A DNA stretch of 63,705 nucleotides, filler included, from Collodictyon triciliatum (lineage: Eukaryota), in NCBI GenBank assembly GCA_043381765.1. It is 9 parts of 9 records of this genome, joined end to end, with 100 filler letters (N's around TTAATTAATTAA, not from the genome) between each part and the next. Parts side by side here need not be neighbours in the genome. Positions count along the whole stretch, not along the records: positions 8,060 to 16,008 come from JBHJMP010003661.1; positions 16,109 to 24,056 come from JBHJMP010003662.1; positions 24,157 to 32,099 come from JBHJMP010003663.1; positions 32,200 to 40,137 come from JBHJMP010003664.1; 5 more parts are not named here. One strand, 5' to 3'. Below the pieces are notes generated by a model. That model was given only the letters and a program-made list of their open reading frames with translations, had not been told where the DNA came from and did not search any database. Positions 13,698 through 33,643 of the stretch are shown here, piece after piece. Within the stretch, counting starts at the first letter, position 1. Each line of letters begins with the position of its first letter. The position numbers were made by a program, and so were the translations under genes.

Positions 13698-14546
13698 TCG
13701 AGACTAGTGTTTCCCCAGTGATCAGTGTGTGTCCTCCTTGTTTCCTTCTTTTGACCTCTTCTTGGCACAAAGCCACGAGCGATTCGGCAGCTCTCTGTCT
13801 CCGTGCTTCGTGTCGGGTGCTGTGTCTGGTTTTGTGGAGGGGCACCGATCGGGTTGATTTCGGCCATGCGCCCGGATGTTTGCTTGATCGGACGGGTTTG
13901 TCTTTAAGTATTGGGAATGAAATGGTATTTCATTGAAAATATCTGAAAAGGAATCTCTGGCTTGTGGCCTGAATCACTATATACGGAAAATATAGTAAAT
14001 TATTTATTAGAGTCATATTTATTTTATTTTGAATGTACATTATTACAAATTTTTATTATTGTTGCATAAATATAATGATTAGGTGATAACTTTGATCTGG
14101 AAAATATTATTTTTCTATAATATTGAGGTATAGACGAGAGTTCTGTCATTTATATGACATTATTCTGCAATTATGAATATTGATTAAAATGTATGTGTGA
14201 CATACACATCTATAACCCATCATTTCGTCTCTACCTGTTTTTCCATCTGGTGTGGTGGCACCTGCTCTAGTTTAACTGAATTCAGAAAAACAAAAAAAAA
14301 AACCCAAAAAACCCCAAAAACCCCAAAAAACCCCAAAAAAAACCCAAACCCCCCCTCCCCCCCCCAAAAAAAGAAAACAACCGAAAAAGCCATAAAAACG
14401 AAACACCGAAGAACAGCGAGCACTCAAATTATCTCATGTTATCTCATATTCACATAAAACTTAATCTCTTTCCTATATTGCTTCGACGAATCGTTGTCCA
14501 CGACGAAATAACAGCAAGATTGCTACAAGCACAAGCAAACAATAAA

Positions 14547-15805
14547 ATGGTTGGGGCATCCTTCCATAGTCGCTTGTTGGAATCAACCCTGAGTGTACTT
14601 TATTTCTTGACATTGACAACCGTTCTGCTACAACCTTCTGCGCTTGCAAAAACGAGATGTTCTGCACCACCAGAGTGCGATTCTAATACCACGCTTATTA
14701 CATGTATATTATGGAATAAATATCCCTTTTTGTGGTATTCTCATCTATATATTTTTAAGTGAGAATACCACCCTTTAAGAAAACTTTTCTTCATTTTAAA
14801 TGCACTTGAGAACATTTTATTTCTTTTCATTCCAAACAAGTTTGAATAGTGCCAAACATATACCAATTTTCTTAGGTGCCTTCTATGTTCCCTGGATGAA
14901 CCATCAATCCTTCAGCTGACCCACGAAGAAGCAATCAGTATTGTCTTAAAGCTTCATGAGGCTAAATGCATCGGTGCTTCTGTGGGAGGCCCTTCTAAAA
15001 TTGACAAACTTACTGATAGCATGAACGATGAAACGAATCTCATCAGTGTGATTCCTACTAATAACTCAGAACCAAACCTTTTGGAAGGATACATGAATTA
15101 TCACACGGACTCACTGATTTTAAAACAAGTCAATCAGACAGACTTAATTTTCGATGCTTTGGTTGGGGTTTTCAATGCCCTTGGAGGTCCCGACTGGGAG
15201 CGGAAAGACGGTTGGACAAACCCTTCTATTCCTTGCTGCAGGTGGTTTGGTGTTAAATGTTACAGCGGATGCTCACAGAAAGACGTTGATGTATGTCAAG
15301 TTAAACATTATAGTTTCTTGTATTGTCACTTATATATGGATGAATAGAGATAACTGTCCCATCCTATGCTTTTTTTTTTTTTTTAATAATCTAGACTATT
15401 CCACCAAGTATGTCTCATGAAATCCTCACATAAACTTCTTTCATATCGATTCGTTTTCCCTCACCCAACGCCCAATCTAGGAGAATAATTGCCCAATCGA
15501 TGGCCTTCTGCTGAGTGCAAATAGGCTGACCGGAATTCTAAATGACGCCTTACCTTTCATTCAAGAGCTTATCAGCATCAGATCGCTGGATATGTCCTTC
15601 AATGAGCTATCAGGAGCCATACCTGATTTTCTCCTGCCTAACTTGTATTACCTCAATATCATTTACAATAAGCTCACTGGTTCACTTCCAATGTTCAACA
15701 ACAGTCCACAACTTTATCAGATCAATCTTGAACATAATCAACTATCTGGCACTCTGCCACATTTATCTAATCTACCGTCTCTGTATTACTTTTCTGCCGG
15801 TGGAA
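14547..15805 (+). CDS. secreted or membrane plant-type LRR protein with N-terminal cap, 3' truncated
   Basis: Hydrophobic signal-like N-terminus, a cap motif (ALGGPDWERKDGW...CCRWFGVKC) and LRRs of the LxxNxLsGxIP type (SFNELSGAIPD, YNKLTGSLP, HNQLSGTLP). Confidence 0.8.
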
Positions 15806-15913
15806 GTGAGCTGATTGAGGGTTTTTTTCCCACCAATTTACATATGCCTCTATCCGCTATTTTTCTCATATTGATAAATTACTGTACCACATTGATGTAT
15901 TATTGGATTTTCA

Positions 15914-16008
<95 letters not shown>

Positions 16009-16108
16009 NNNNNNNNNNNNNNNNNNNNNNNNNNNNNNNNNNNNNNNNNNNNTTAATTAATTAANNNNNNNNNNNNNNNNNNNNNNNNNNNNNNNNNNNN
16101 NNNNNNNN

Positions 16109-16295
16109 AACAACAACAAAACAACAACAAAACAACAACAAAACAACAACAAAACAACAACAAAACAACAACAAAACAACAACAAAACAACAACAAAACA
16201 ACAAAACAACAACAAAACAACAACAAAACAACAACAAAACAACAAAACAACAACAACAAAACAACAACAACAAAACAACAACAAAACAACAACAC
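16109..16295. repeat. (CAA)/(CAAAA) compound repeat just upstream of the GH31 ATG
   Basis: Imperfect array built on AACAACAACAA units. Confidence 0.9.
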
Positions 16296-16309
16296 AAAGA
16301 ATAGATACG

Positions 16310-23117
<6,808 letters not shown>

Positions 23118-23186
23118 GACAAGCATTTTAAGACGGCATTATCTCGTCTTTGAATTAGCCCCCCTTTTTTTTATTTTTATCTTACG

Positions 23187-23780
23187 TCAATATATTATAC
23201 CTTCTTTCGGACTGACGATGTAGGTGCGTTCTCTTGGGTGGTCATTTCTCTTGCTCTTGTCCTGGGCTTCCTTTACCTCCGCGAGCGTAATCTCCACAAC
23301 ACTGGAAGTGGCAAAGGAGGAAAATAAAACGAAACAAAAATGTGCAGGTGCCAACCACATGTTGCTTTTAAGTTCCGAACAAAAGTCAAGACCGTGGTAT
23401 TACACACATATATATTCATCATTTTGAGACTATCATGCACGTGTGAGCCGACGAAATGCTTTGAGTCTCATGGGGTACAGCTTCGCTTCGTTGCCTTACA
23501 CTAATTATGTGGGGTAGGTGCTTTGATGGTGGTTCTGGGAATATTTCGTACATCTATGACTCTGACTCATTCACCAGAAATATACAATAAAGAGCACTCT
23601 TGCTTGTGGAAGCAATCACAGTGAAGCACTGATACCTTGCACACGGTAGGCAATTCGCAGCCATGCAGACCGAAATCTTAGCCTAGTAGGCTGATGACAA
23701 TACCATGTTTTCCCTTCTGGATGGTTACAGCTCTCTCCTTTGCCTGGGATGACTAACTCAGCCCACTTTTTTTTTCTGAA
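23187..23780 (-). CDS. probable 3' exons of an unknown gene convergent with GH31
   Basis: AG/GT-bounded open segments give ...WLRFRSAWLRIAYR, MYEIFPEPPSKHLPHIISVRQRSE..., and VVEITLAEVKEAQDKSKRNDHPRERTYIVSPKEGIIY*. No recognisable domain. Confidence 0.35.
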
Positions 23781-24301
23781 TTTTGGAATCATTTCTACTT
23801 TTTTTCCTCGTATCGCTTACATATATTTTGCATACGTTTTGCAGATAAAATAGCTCTCTCTAAGAGAGCGTTAGACTTTATGTAGAATCCATGCGGGCGA
23901 TAAAATGTTGTATCATAAAAAAAGAACTGTATAATTTGGATAGCGAGGCTTAACCCCTCCATTACTCATATACACCCTGGAAGAGCACTAGCCATCGACC
24001 TAAAATTAAATGAACAGCAAACCTTACGAATAATCAATGTTTATAATCACCAAATGNNNNNNNNNNNNNNNNNNNNNNNNNNNNNNNNNNNNNNNNNNNN
24101 TTAATTAATTAANNNNNNNNNNNNNNNNNNNNNNNNNNNNNNNNNNNNNNNNNNNNTTTCTTCTTTTCTTCTTTTCTTCTTTTCTTCTTTTCTTCTTTTC
24201 TTCTTTTCTTCTTTTCTTCTTTTCTTCTTTTCTTCTTTTCTTATTTTCTTCTTTTCTTCCGGATTTCCTTTAATGTGTACTAAACCCAAACTCCCATCCA
24301 G

Positions 24302-27300
24302 CCTTCAATGCCAAAGGTGACATGGAATGCCCAAATTGTCGCTGCAAGCAAGATGGTGATTGGAGGCTGCCGTCCACAGAGCCAAGCGAGCCCTACTTCG
24401 ATCCTACCGACTTCATTCTTGGCATTCAATTTGACGGAGGATTCGAAAGTTTCGAGCCCATACACAGATTCGGCCAGATTGACGGACATGAAGAGCTGTA
24501 TGGTATCCACGGAGATGCGGTGAATGCCTCGGCTTCTCTTGGCTCAGGAGTATTGTCTGAACAGGAGTACGTTGCAGGACTGTCCTTCATCAGGAGATAT
24601 CATGACATTCTCGGGCATGTTGCAAGCGTTGAAGAGTATCCTAGAGAAGTCGCTGCGGAATACGAGGATTTGGAACACAATGTCCCAAACGAAAATGAAT
24701 ATGGGCCAGAATTGAATGAAGGCTCGCACAATGAAGAACATTATCAGACTGACGGTGCAGACATCGAGGCTGATCAACAAAATGAAAGCATCATAGATCA
24801 CTACATCGCAGAATATCAGAGATTTCAAAGGATAATTCGCTCAAGTCACCATGGATACCCCAACCAGAATGGTATATCTAGATATAGCGAACTCTCACTT
24901 CCAATAAGGAGTCAAGTTCACTCCCAAATGAACACTCAGCATATCGAGAGCTCCGTACAGAGTATGTCTGAATCTCGTTTCTCTATTGGATTCGATTTTC
25001 ACATGGCTCCTCCCGTAAGTGAGAACCACGTACCCGCTAATCAACGCAGAGACCAAGCAAATGAATCTTTCAATCAAACATCCGAAAATTCAGATTATTG
25101 CCCGAATGAGGACGACTACGGGTCATACGTTGTCGACGACATTTGGACGGAGAGGATTTCTCTTCCCAGTACCCGAAAGGAAGAAACCCTTATTCCATCA
25201 AAAGTCATTCCTAGACCAGCTCAAACTACAGACCGACTGGAAGTGGCATCGCCGAATAGGATAAGGCAGGATGTAGTCACGCAAAGCACCAATCAGGATT
25301 TTCATATATCATCCTCAGAGGAAATCAATACAGGTATGGTCGTTCTTTCTCTCCTCTTTATTCGATCCAGAGTTATGAAAGTATTATTTCTTTTTACTTT
25401 TATTTTTTTATTCTCCCTTTCAATTTTTTGCAGTTCTTTTTACTTTTATAATCATGCATTTATGTGTCCTAAATCTATTTATTCACAAGGCATGATATCC
25501 GAATATTTGAACATACATATATTTGTCAATAGAAAATGATAGCGGAGTGGAGGATACACTGCCATCTGATATCATGGCATCGTCCACAAATCAGAACAAA
25601 CTTTACCACCCCAGCGATTATAGACCACACCTTTACAGTGTCGATTCTTCTTGCAATGAAAGGGGTATGACAGGTCAGATTTTATTCACTGATTCGACGT
25701 AATTGCTCCATGAAGAGAAAAATGGCAAAATACTACGTCGTAATGAATGCGGAAATAAAATTATGTAAACATATATTTATGAATCAACACAAAAAAAGCT
25801 GCACATTTTAAAATCTAGACCTCCCTCTCATACTACCAGGAACACATCGAAACGAGGCCACAGTGCATAATCGAAGATTACATGTTTTTTCTAATATCTA
25901 TATTCACGATTCCTTGACCGACCGAGATCACCAGAACCCCAATGGTTGGTAGCATAAGCAGATGTCAGAGTTATATTGATAATATTATTTTTTTCAATAT
26001 CCATTTCAGGTAAAAAAAAATAATTGAAGCAGCTAACTGGTAATTTTATTATATGTAATAAAAATAAAACAAAGGTGAAGAAGTAGAGGAGGGAGAAGGG
26101 CATTCTACACCAACAATTCGTGTGGACGATTCCAACGGAATATCTATTGATTATTTTGATAGTACCAAATACGATGTATCGCCGCATCACCCCATAACTA
26201 ATGTAACTATTTTTACGACGATGAGAAACACTCAATTGAATTTAAATGCTTCATCGAATGTTATCAATCACCAGCTCTGCTCTCTCTCCCACAGTTTAAT
26301 CGACACCTTCCTGAGCCGCAGCACGGACCACAAGCACTAAACTCCGCAGGTCCAAACGTGAGATATCACGATAGGGCAATGTTTAATTTACATTCTGAAA
26401 GAGTTAGACTTGGAATCAGTGAAGCTTCTATTCATCTACCGAGCAAATTAGAAAAGTTTATCATTGACCCTGTGGTAGGCAGCCAAAATCAAGAATACAA
26501 CATGAATAATCTTAGCCAGAGTGATAGTGCGGACGAAATTCCTACCCGTGATAGGGACCACTTTACAACAAAAGACCTACGAGAAAGAGCAGAATATGTT
26601 CCGGAATCCAGTATTCCGCGACGACAATCTGGCACTAGTCATTCCCCAATGCCTGGTGGGCTCGCTCCAGATAGAGTAAAGGCAAATAATTCCTCGTCAA
26701 GCCAAATTCAAATGAGCCAAAAGGATACGCACTATTTTCACGGTGGAGATAGTGACAGGGATATCCATGAAAACTTTTCACCCATTCAAAACTATGATGA
26801 TTACGAGGTGAAATGCTCATCTGTTACAGCACACAGAAAGCAAGAAATCCCTGTTTATGGAGAAGATTCTTATAACTTCACCTCCAAAGCTACAAAAACG
26901 AGGCGCAAAAACACCAAAAATTCGAAAACTCCTCGAAAGCGAGATGTTTTAACGCCAACAGCAGCCAGCACCAGTGAAACGGAGAGGAACCAGATGAGTG
27001 AAACTTTTCCTTCAGAGGACAGAGGATTGGATTTTTTACTGGTCAAAAATGGAGGTCAGGAAAATGCTGAAAATTTCCAAGTTATATCAGGCTATGAGCG
27101 ACAACATGACTCGCTTATATTCCGTGATGAGATAGGAAATCCCATGAATCTTAGGAAAGAAAGCAGGCAATTAAAAAAAGTACAAGACGCAAACTACGTA
27201 AATCAAAACCCGTCATCACGCGAATCAAAACACAAGACCAAAGACCGTTCATATGGTTTTCACGCAAACTCCATAACTACAGAGCTACCAAACCAAGCAA

Positions 27301-29153
27301 TTATGGATGAAGATGAGCACACCACGACTTATTCAGAAAAATCGACATTGCACTTTGCAATCGATACTTTGAAACCGCCTACTGAACATACAACAAGAAG
27401 GAAGTGCAAGCGAGGAGGCAAAAAGGCTATTGAGTCGATTCCAACTTTTTTAAATGAAGATATATCTACGAATTCCACAGGAGATATATCCAAGCTTACA
27501 TCGCCATTACAAAGAAAAAAGTCGTCCTACCTGACACAGACCCCAATTAGTCCCATCCAAGCAAGCTCGCAGTCTGGATATCTACTTATGACTGGGCGAA
27601 CTCAAACTCATGCCCCCGAACGTTGCAACCCCTACGAAGAGAACGATAGCTTTGAGGCAGACAGTAGTTTCCATTTTGAAGGAGAAAATAATTCCGATGC
27701 TGATAAAGAATTCTCGGATGCCGTTCACGGATACTTGAGTTTTCTAAGGGAATCCAGAGAAGTGACAGTGTCGGAGGCGCCTCGGCAGACTGTTAGAATA
27801 CTCCAAGAAACTAACGAAAGGGCATCGGCAAGAGAAGAGCCATTGCATGAAAATGAAGAGGTTGAAATAGCTCAAATGTTGCAGCAGATGGGAATAGACC
27901 CTCCTTATCCATACTTGAGAGGTGAAAGGAGAGCACCTCAATCTAAAAGCAAACAAAAGGATATTCGAGAAACAAATATCCCAGCAAGAAGTTCTAGCTT
28001 TGACCAAAAGTCTCTTCATTTTCCCATAGAAGCCCCAGAGAACGAAACATACTTGGAAGCCTCCAGTCGCTGTCCTGAGGCCTCACTCTATGATGTATCG
28101 AAACTGACAAAAAATCTAGACCGAAGAAAATCTCACCTTCGTGAATATGAGCGGAACTATGACAATCGCAAAAAAGAAAAGAGGAAAGAGGGTCTTAGTG
28201 TTCATGAATCCCAGTCGCCAAACACAAAAGGCATCGAAACGTATCTGTCTCACTATGCGAAATATACACAAGACGAACAAGATATTGCAGACGGCAATCA
28301 TCTGCCTGAAGGTGTTGACAATAAGGCGCCACATCCAACTATTGAAAGAAGTAGAAGTGTATCAAAGTCCCCAAAGGATAAGAAAAAAGGAACTTCCAGA
28401 GCATCAGTCCACCTAGACTTTGACAGTGATGATGCGGGTTCAATTAATCACAAGATTGAATCTCTGGATGTGTTAAGCAGACATCCCAAGCTTTCTTCTC
28501 GAATACATGCTGTGGAACTTCATCAGAGCTTGTCTAGTCGAGGACGGACGTCTCATCGTTCACTATTTGACGCTTTGCAACATGAACAAGAACTGGATGA
28601 CGAGCTTTCTATGAGGATTTCAAGACTCGGTGAGACGTTCCGAAAAGTCTATTCAAGGTATGAGCCCACCTTTGGGAGAAGTAGCCCCTCTCGTGAAAAA
28701 CACAGTTCTTTTTCATCGCCCAGCGGACGCCATACTGAGAAAAGGGACGCTCTACCTAATCACCCAAAAGAAGACGATGACGAAGTATTTTTATCCCGTA
28801 TACCCGATAATAGACCAGAAGTCTCTGAAAATCTCCAGCAAGGCACTCGATTGCCTTACAAGACAACTAATTATTCGGTCGCCGATAAAAGAATCAAGCA
28901 TGCTGGAACAAAACCCAGCTCTTTTTCGTCAAGTGCAGCACAAAGAGGGAGAGACCAATCAACATACAGAGCCGCCCATACACAAAACACAGGTGTACGC
29001 TTCTCGAAAGACGAAGGAGACTCGCCTTATGCTTTGTCCACTTCATCACCCAAACACAACAAACACGCACCAGTCATTATTGACCGTAAAGCTCAAGCTC
29101 ATTCGAAAGCAACAAAAAGTGTCACTGGTGAGAAATACTTGACCGACTGCTGA
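24302..29153 (+). CDS. RFI2-like RING finger protein (only the RING C-terminal part is in the contig) with a very long disordered tail
   Basis: The exon after CAG at 24301 reads AFNAKGDMECPNCRCKQDGDW. Exons 24302-25332, about 25532-25672, about 25819-25944, about 26074-26201 and about 26295-29153 join in phase. The tail is S/E/R/D-rich and low complexity. The 3' end is uncertain. Confidence 0.7.
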
Positions 29154-29921
29154 TCATTTGGCGGCAATGTCTTGTGCAGACCCTCGTTTCGTGGTGGCAA
29201 ATAAAAGTGCGATGAACCTCGACTTTTTTTTTTCTCTCTCCCTTTTGTTCTGTCAAAGGTATAACGTGTTTCGAGTTTTTTTTTTCTCTGGTTAGTCGGC
29301 TGCTGTCTAGAATTGAATTGGTTGTATCATTTATTATTGGGAAATACACTCGCTCACTCCATCAAAGAATAGGAAAAAAGGGTGTCGATACTTTATATGA
29401 AAAAAATAAAAGTTATATATTTGACAGAACTCTATCATTCTTTATCTTTATGTTATTTATTTTCTTTGGGGGAGAAAAAGTGTGGCAAGAAAAATATACA
29501 CATCCTTTTCATTTTGTTGAGTTTGCAAAAGGAATACTAGAACCATTATTGCCTATTAATTCAGTGATAATTATTCATTAAAGAAAACGCAAACGACAAT
29601 CAAAGTAAAATATTGATTGATGAAGATGGATTACTGTAGAGTAAAAAAAAAATCATCAAAGTTTAATAATAGAATACACCTGCCAAAATGATGCAATAGA
29701 CAAACAACTCTTAATTTTTTTTATATTTTTCTTCGTTTCAGTCTACTAAATTCATTCATCATTTTCTCATTTTTTTATTTTCATCAGCTTCTTGGGTTCC
29801 TTTCGTAATGTATCACCCACGAGTTTGTAGGTATTTTCATAGCAGATAGTTTTTGGAACATGAGTTTACTGAATAATAAATTAGCAGAGCCAGACCAAGG
29901 TATCCAACAGTGTCTTTTGTT

Positions 29922-31959
29922 TCAACTGCGGCTCCGTTTTCTCACTGATTCTTCCTCGTCTTTCTGGGCATCCGGCTTGTTCTCAATCGTATGTAACACG
30001 GCATCACTTTGTGTCGCTTCTTCGTCGCCTGCTTTACTGCTTTCTGCGTTCGATTCTGTGTAGTGTTGAAAGGAAATACAGAGATCATATTCCATGAGTT
30101 TTTTCTTTTTCTTTTTCTTTTCTTTTAGTCTTCTGTTTTGCTTTCATGCAAAAGGTAAAAATGTGAATCCCCCGCGCACACAAACCATCAGTTCTATGTT
30201 TTGAATGATTTTTTTCGAGGGATGTGCTTTGCTCTTTGTCTGCTGACCCTTGAAATGTCTTCACCCATCTAGAAAGCCCTTCTGCAGATAGAATCATATG
30301 TGATTATAGTTGTGATAACATGTATATGTATATTTCTATTTTATTACATTCTTTTAGTAAATGATACAAATCAGGAATGTTTGACATCAACAAAGTCTGA
30401 AAATAGTGGAAAGTTGCGGCTTTGATAGTTTCTTTTTTTTACTTATGACATATGACAATAGTATGAATGAATATAGAAAGGGTGGTGGCAACCTTTGGGG
30501 GATAAATTCATGGACTGTGATATTGAAATAATATTGCTCAAATTTTGAAATGTATCGGCCATCTATATTTTTTTAAAAATAATAATAATAATGAGATTGA
30601 TGATAAAGAAGACTTATTCAAAAAAAATTACGAAACATTTGTCTTGTACCTTCTTTTTTTAAAAAAAAAATCGTTTTATTTTAAACATGTGATAGTGCTG
30701 TAAAGAAAACCTCCAGATAGCGCATCTCCTCTGTTGTCATCCCAAACTTATTCATATTCTGCACCATGGAAACAGGCGTGGCCTCCGATATCTCCTGATA
30801 ACATATTGATTATAATCATTTGATTTGAGTCTCTAAATAAAGGAAGAAAGTATTGCCCTTTGGAGGCTGCTATGAATCGCGAGTGTTTCAACCTTCAGAA
30901 ATTGAATATGGCTCTCTGACTTCAAAATTTTTAATGATGGCGTAAATTCATTCTGAAACGAACCCTTCAGGGAATACTAATAGAATAAAAGTAAATTAAA
31001 TCATTTGCATAAAACATAGTGTGAATTTTATATGTTTATTTTGCTCTGGTTTGGGTTAATGCGTTTCTTGAGACTTTATAAAAAGAAATAGAAAAACATG
31101 GTACAGTTGTCCTTTAAAAAAAAGAAAAAAAAGGAGGAAAATAGGAAGTAGGGATAGAAGAAAAGTAGCAAATGTAGAGGAAATAATAAATACCTTTTGT
31201 CCGTAATCATCCTCATATGTAACTGTCATGTCTTTTGATTTTAGGTAGAAATTACCATTCTCCAATTGTCTCTCTTCGATTCCATCAAATTGAAATATTC
31301 GGTCATAGAAATCCTTTCGAAACACCTTTCTTAGATATCCTGGTAGTAGTTCATATACTAGTTCTAAACACAAGGAATGTATTAATCGGATATTAAAAAA
31401 TGGGCTGACCAGACTCTGCGATGTAAGAATACATCAGAAAATTCAAAGAATCGTTATATGAAAGAAAAGTATATAAAGTTTTTTTTTTGTCTTTGGGTTG
31501 AATAAACACATACTGTAAGAAGAACTTTCTCTACCATCTCCATCGACTAAGACAACAATGATGCATCCATCCAAATCAAAATATTGCTCAATGAGTCCCT
31601 TCCAAAAGGCAAAATCTTCTTCCACATGCCCATACTTTGTGGAGAACATGGTAAATAAATAGAAAGATGATGTAAACTAATTAGTGATAAACAACCATAT
31701 ATCTATATCGATCTTCTTCGGGTTCGTGAGATTTGGATAAAAGTTCGTCTTGATGAATTATAATTTGTAGCAAGGAAAACAATGACGGGGTCGCAGTTGT
31801 AAATAAAAAATAATCAACTGAACATTAGATTTATGTGAAAGATAAAAAAAAAAATTGGAGAAAAGAAAAATGTACTGCTTCGTTCCATCGCCGACAGCTG
31901 TCGAAGATATCATTGACTCTGCCCATAAGGGTTGGCGGTCTATTTGTTTTACGAGGAAG
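29922..31959 (-). CDS. LIM-domain-binding/SEUSS family protein, 5' truncated
   Basis: GRVNDIFDSCRRWNEA|YGHVEEDFAFWKGLIEQYF, LVYELLPGYLRKVF, SLKGSFQNEFTPSLKI and MNKFGMTTEEMRYLE|MADTFQNLSNIISISQSMNLSP follow the motif order of the LDB/SEUSS dimerisation domain. The C-terminus is basic (RKRSRS*). Confidence 0.72.
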
Positions 31960-32001
31960 CTGTCATTAACAGGCGGAATCAAAATGACGATGATGATGAT
32001 G

Positions 32002-32099
<98 letters not shown>

Positions 32100-32422
32100 N
32101 NNNNNNNNNNNNNNNNNNNNNNNNNNNNNNNNNNNNNNNNNNNTTAATTAATTAANNNNNNNNNNNNNNNNNNNNNNNNNNNNNNNNNNNNNNNNNNNNT
32201 TGCTTCGGTAAGAAATGCAATCAAAGTAAAAAAAAAAAAAAGAGTGGACAGTAACTAGAGTACAGTAAAGTTAAAAATCCATTAATTACACCACAACCAA
32301 ATCGCAAGTTAAGAAAAAAACAACTTTTTTTTTTCCTTTATTCGATTCAAAGAAGAAAAAAACAACTTAAATGATTCACTTTTGTCCAACAAACGAGCGG
32401 CTTTTCTTTTCACGCTGTCCAG

Positions 32423-33224
32423 GCGGGCTCGATGAGCAAGTAAACGAGACCATTCTAAAAGCAGCGTTTATTCCCTTTGGAGATATTGTCGACGTCCAAA
32501 TACCCCTCGACCACGCCACAGGTTACACACTCTATTTCACTTTGTTGTATTTTTTTTTATTTATTATTGTTTTCACCATTTTCCCTTTCCTTTCACTACC
32601 AAGAAACAAACACGCAGTACATGCAAACCTGAAAGCTCAAGTGTATTCCAAGAATCTCCATAAAGAAGAGATAGAAGGAGAAAAAAAAAAAAAGAGGGCT
32701 GTTTGTATTATGTATCTCACGGCTAAATTAAAAACGTTTACTCCTCTCCAATCCAACTCAGACAAAAACCGAGGATTTGGGTTTGTAGAGTTTGAGCTCA
32801 TGGAGGACGCTGCGGATGCGATGGACAACATGAACATGAGCGAGCTTTACGGGCGTATTCTCAAGGTCAACTTTGCCCGACCAATCAAAAGCTACTTCAA
32901 ACCAGGTTTCGTGAAAACCCCTAATCCAACATTATATGCGTATGACTCAATACACCATCGCTTCAATCCAACTAAAACCAAACAAATAAACAAATAAAAT
33001 AATCATGTCATCCAACTTCTCTTTTTCTCGTGTAAATTCAGCAATAATTGTTTATTATGTACTTATTGTTGATAAAACTCGCAGCATGGTCAAAAGACGA
33101 CTACTTTGACGGGAACGAACGCCCGGACGGCGAAGCTCCGCCAGAGTCCTCGGCTGAAGGCGCTGAAGAGGTCAAGGGAGAGGAATCCGACGCGATGGCC
33201 ACAGATGACGGGCCGAAGCAATAA
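32423..33224 (+). CDS. PPIE/Cyp33-like RRM protein lacking the cyclophilin domain, 5' truncated
   Basis: GGLDEQVNETILKAAFIPFGDIVDVQIPLD|KNRGFGFVEFELMEDAADAMDNMNMSELYGRILKVNFARP, then a short acidic tail and TAA at 33222-33224. Confidence 0.88.
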
Positions 33225-33643
33225 AATAAACGAAACTGATGAGAGGATTTTGATCTTTCTGCCAATATCAAGCATTTCGTCGTGTACCAAAATAAACTTA
33301 CAAACAAGATATTTTATTCATTCCATCTCCCATTCACAAATATCTCTTACTTTCATTTTCCTCCATTTTCCTTTTTTTTTTTTTTTTTTTTTCATTTTGT
33401 GCTGCATCTTAATCGCAGAGAACAACAGGAACCGATTAGGTACAATGTTGATAACAGTATGCGAATTCGACTGGGACGCTTCAGACTTTGTTAAAAAAAA
33501 AAAATAAACATTTATGGCTTTTGTACAGTTACACGGCCTTCGGTGGCAAAATGAATGAGTAAACTACGTGAATCGAAGCTGTATGTACGACCGAATGGAG
33601 AGCACAGAAACTAATGGGAGGGAAACAGAATGGACACGGGCAA

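Noticed and set aside
30850..30895. Third GC donor (AGG|GCAATA) in the LDB-like gene
   Set aside because: An in-phase GT donor (AAG|GTTGAA) exists upstream, so the case is undecidable without transcripts.
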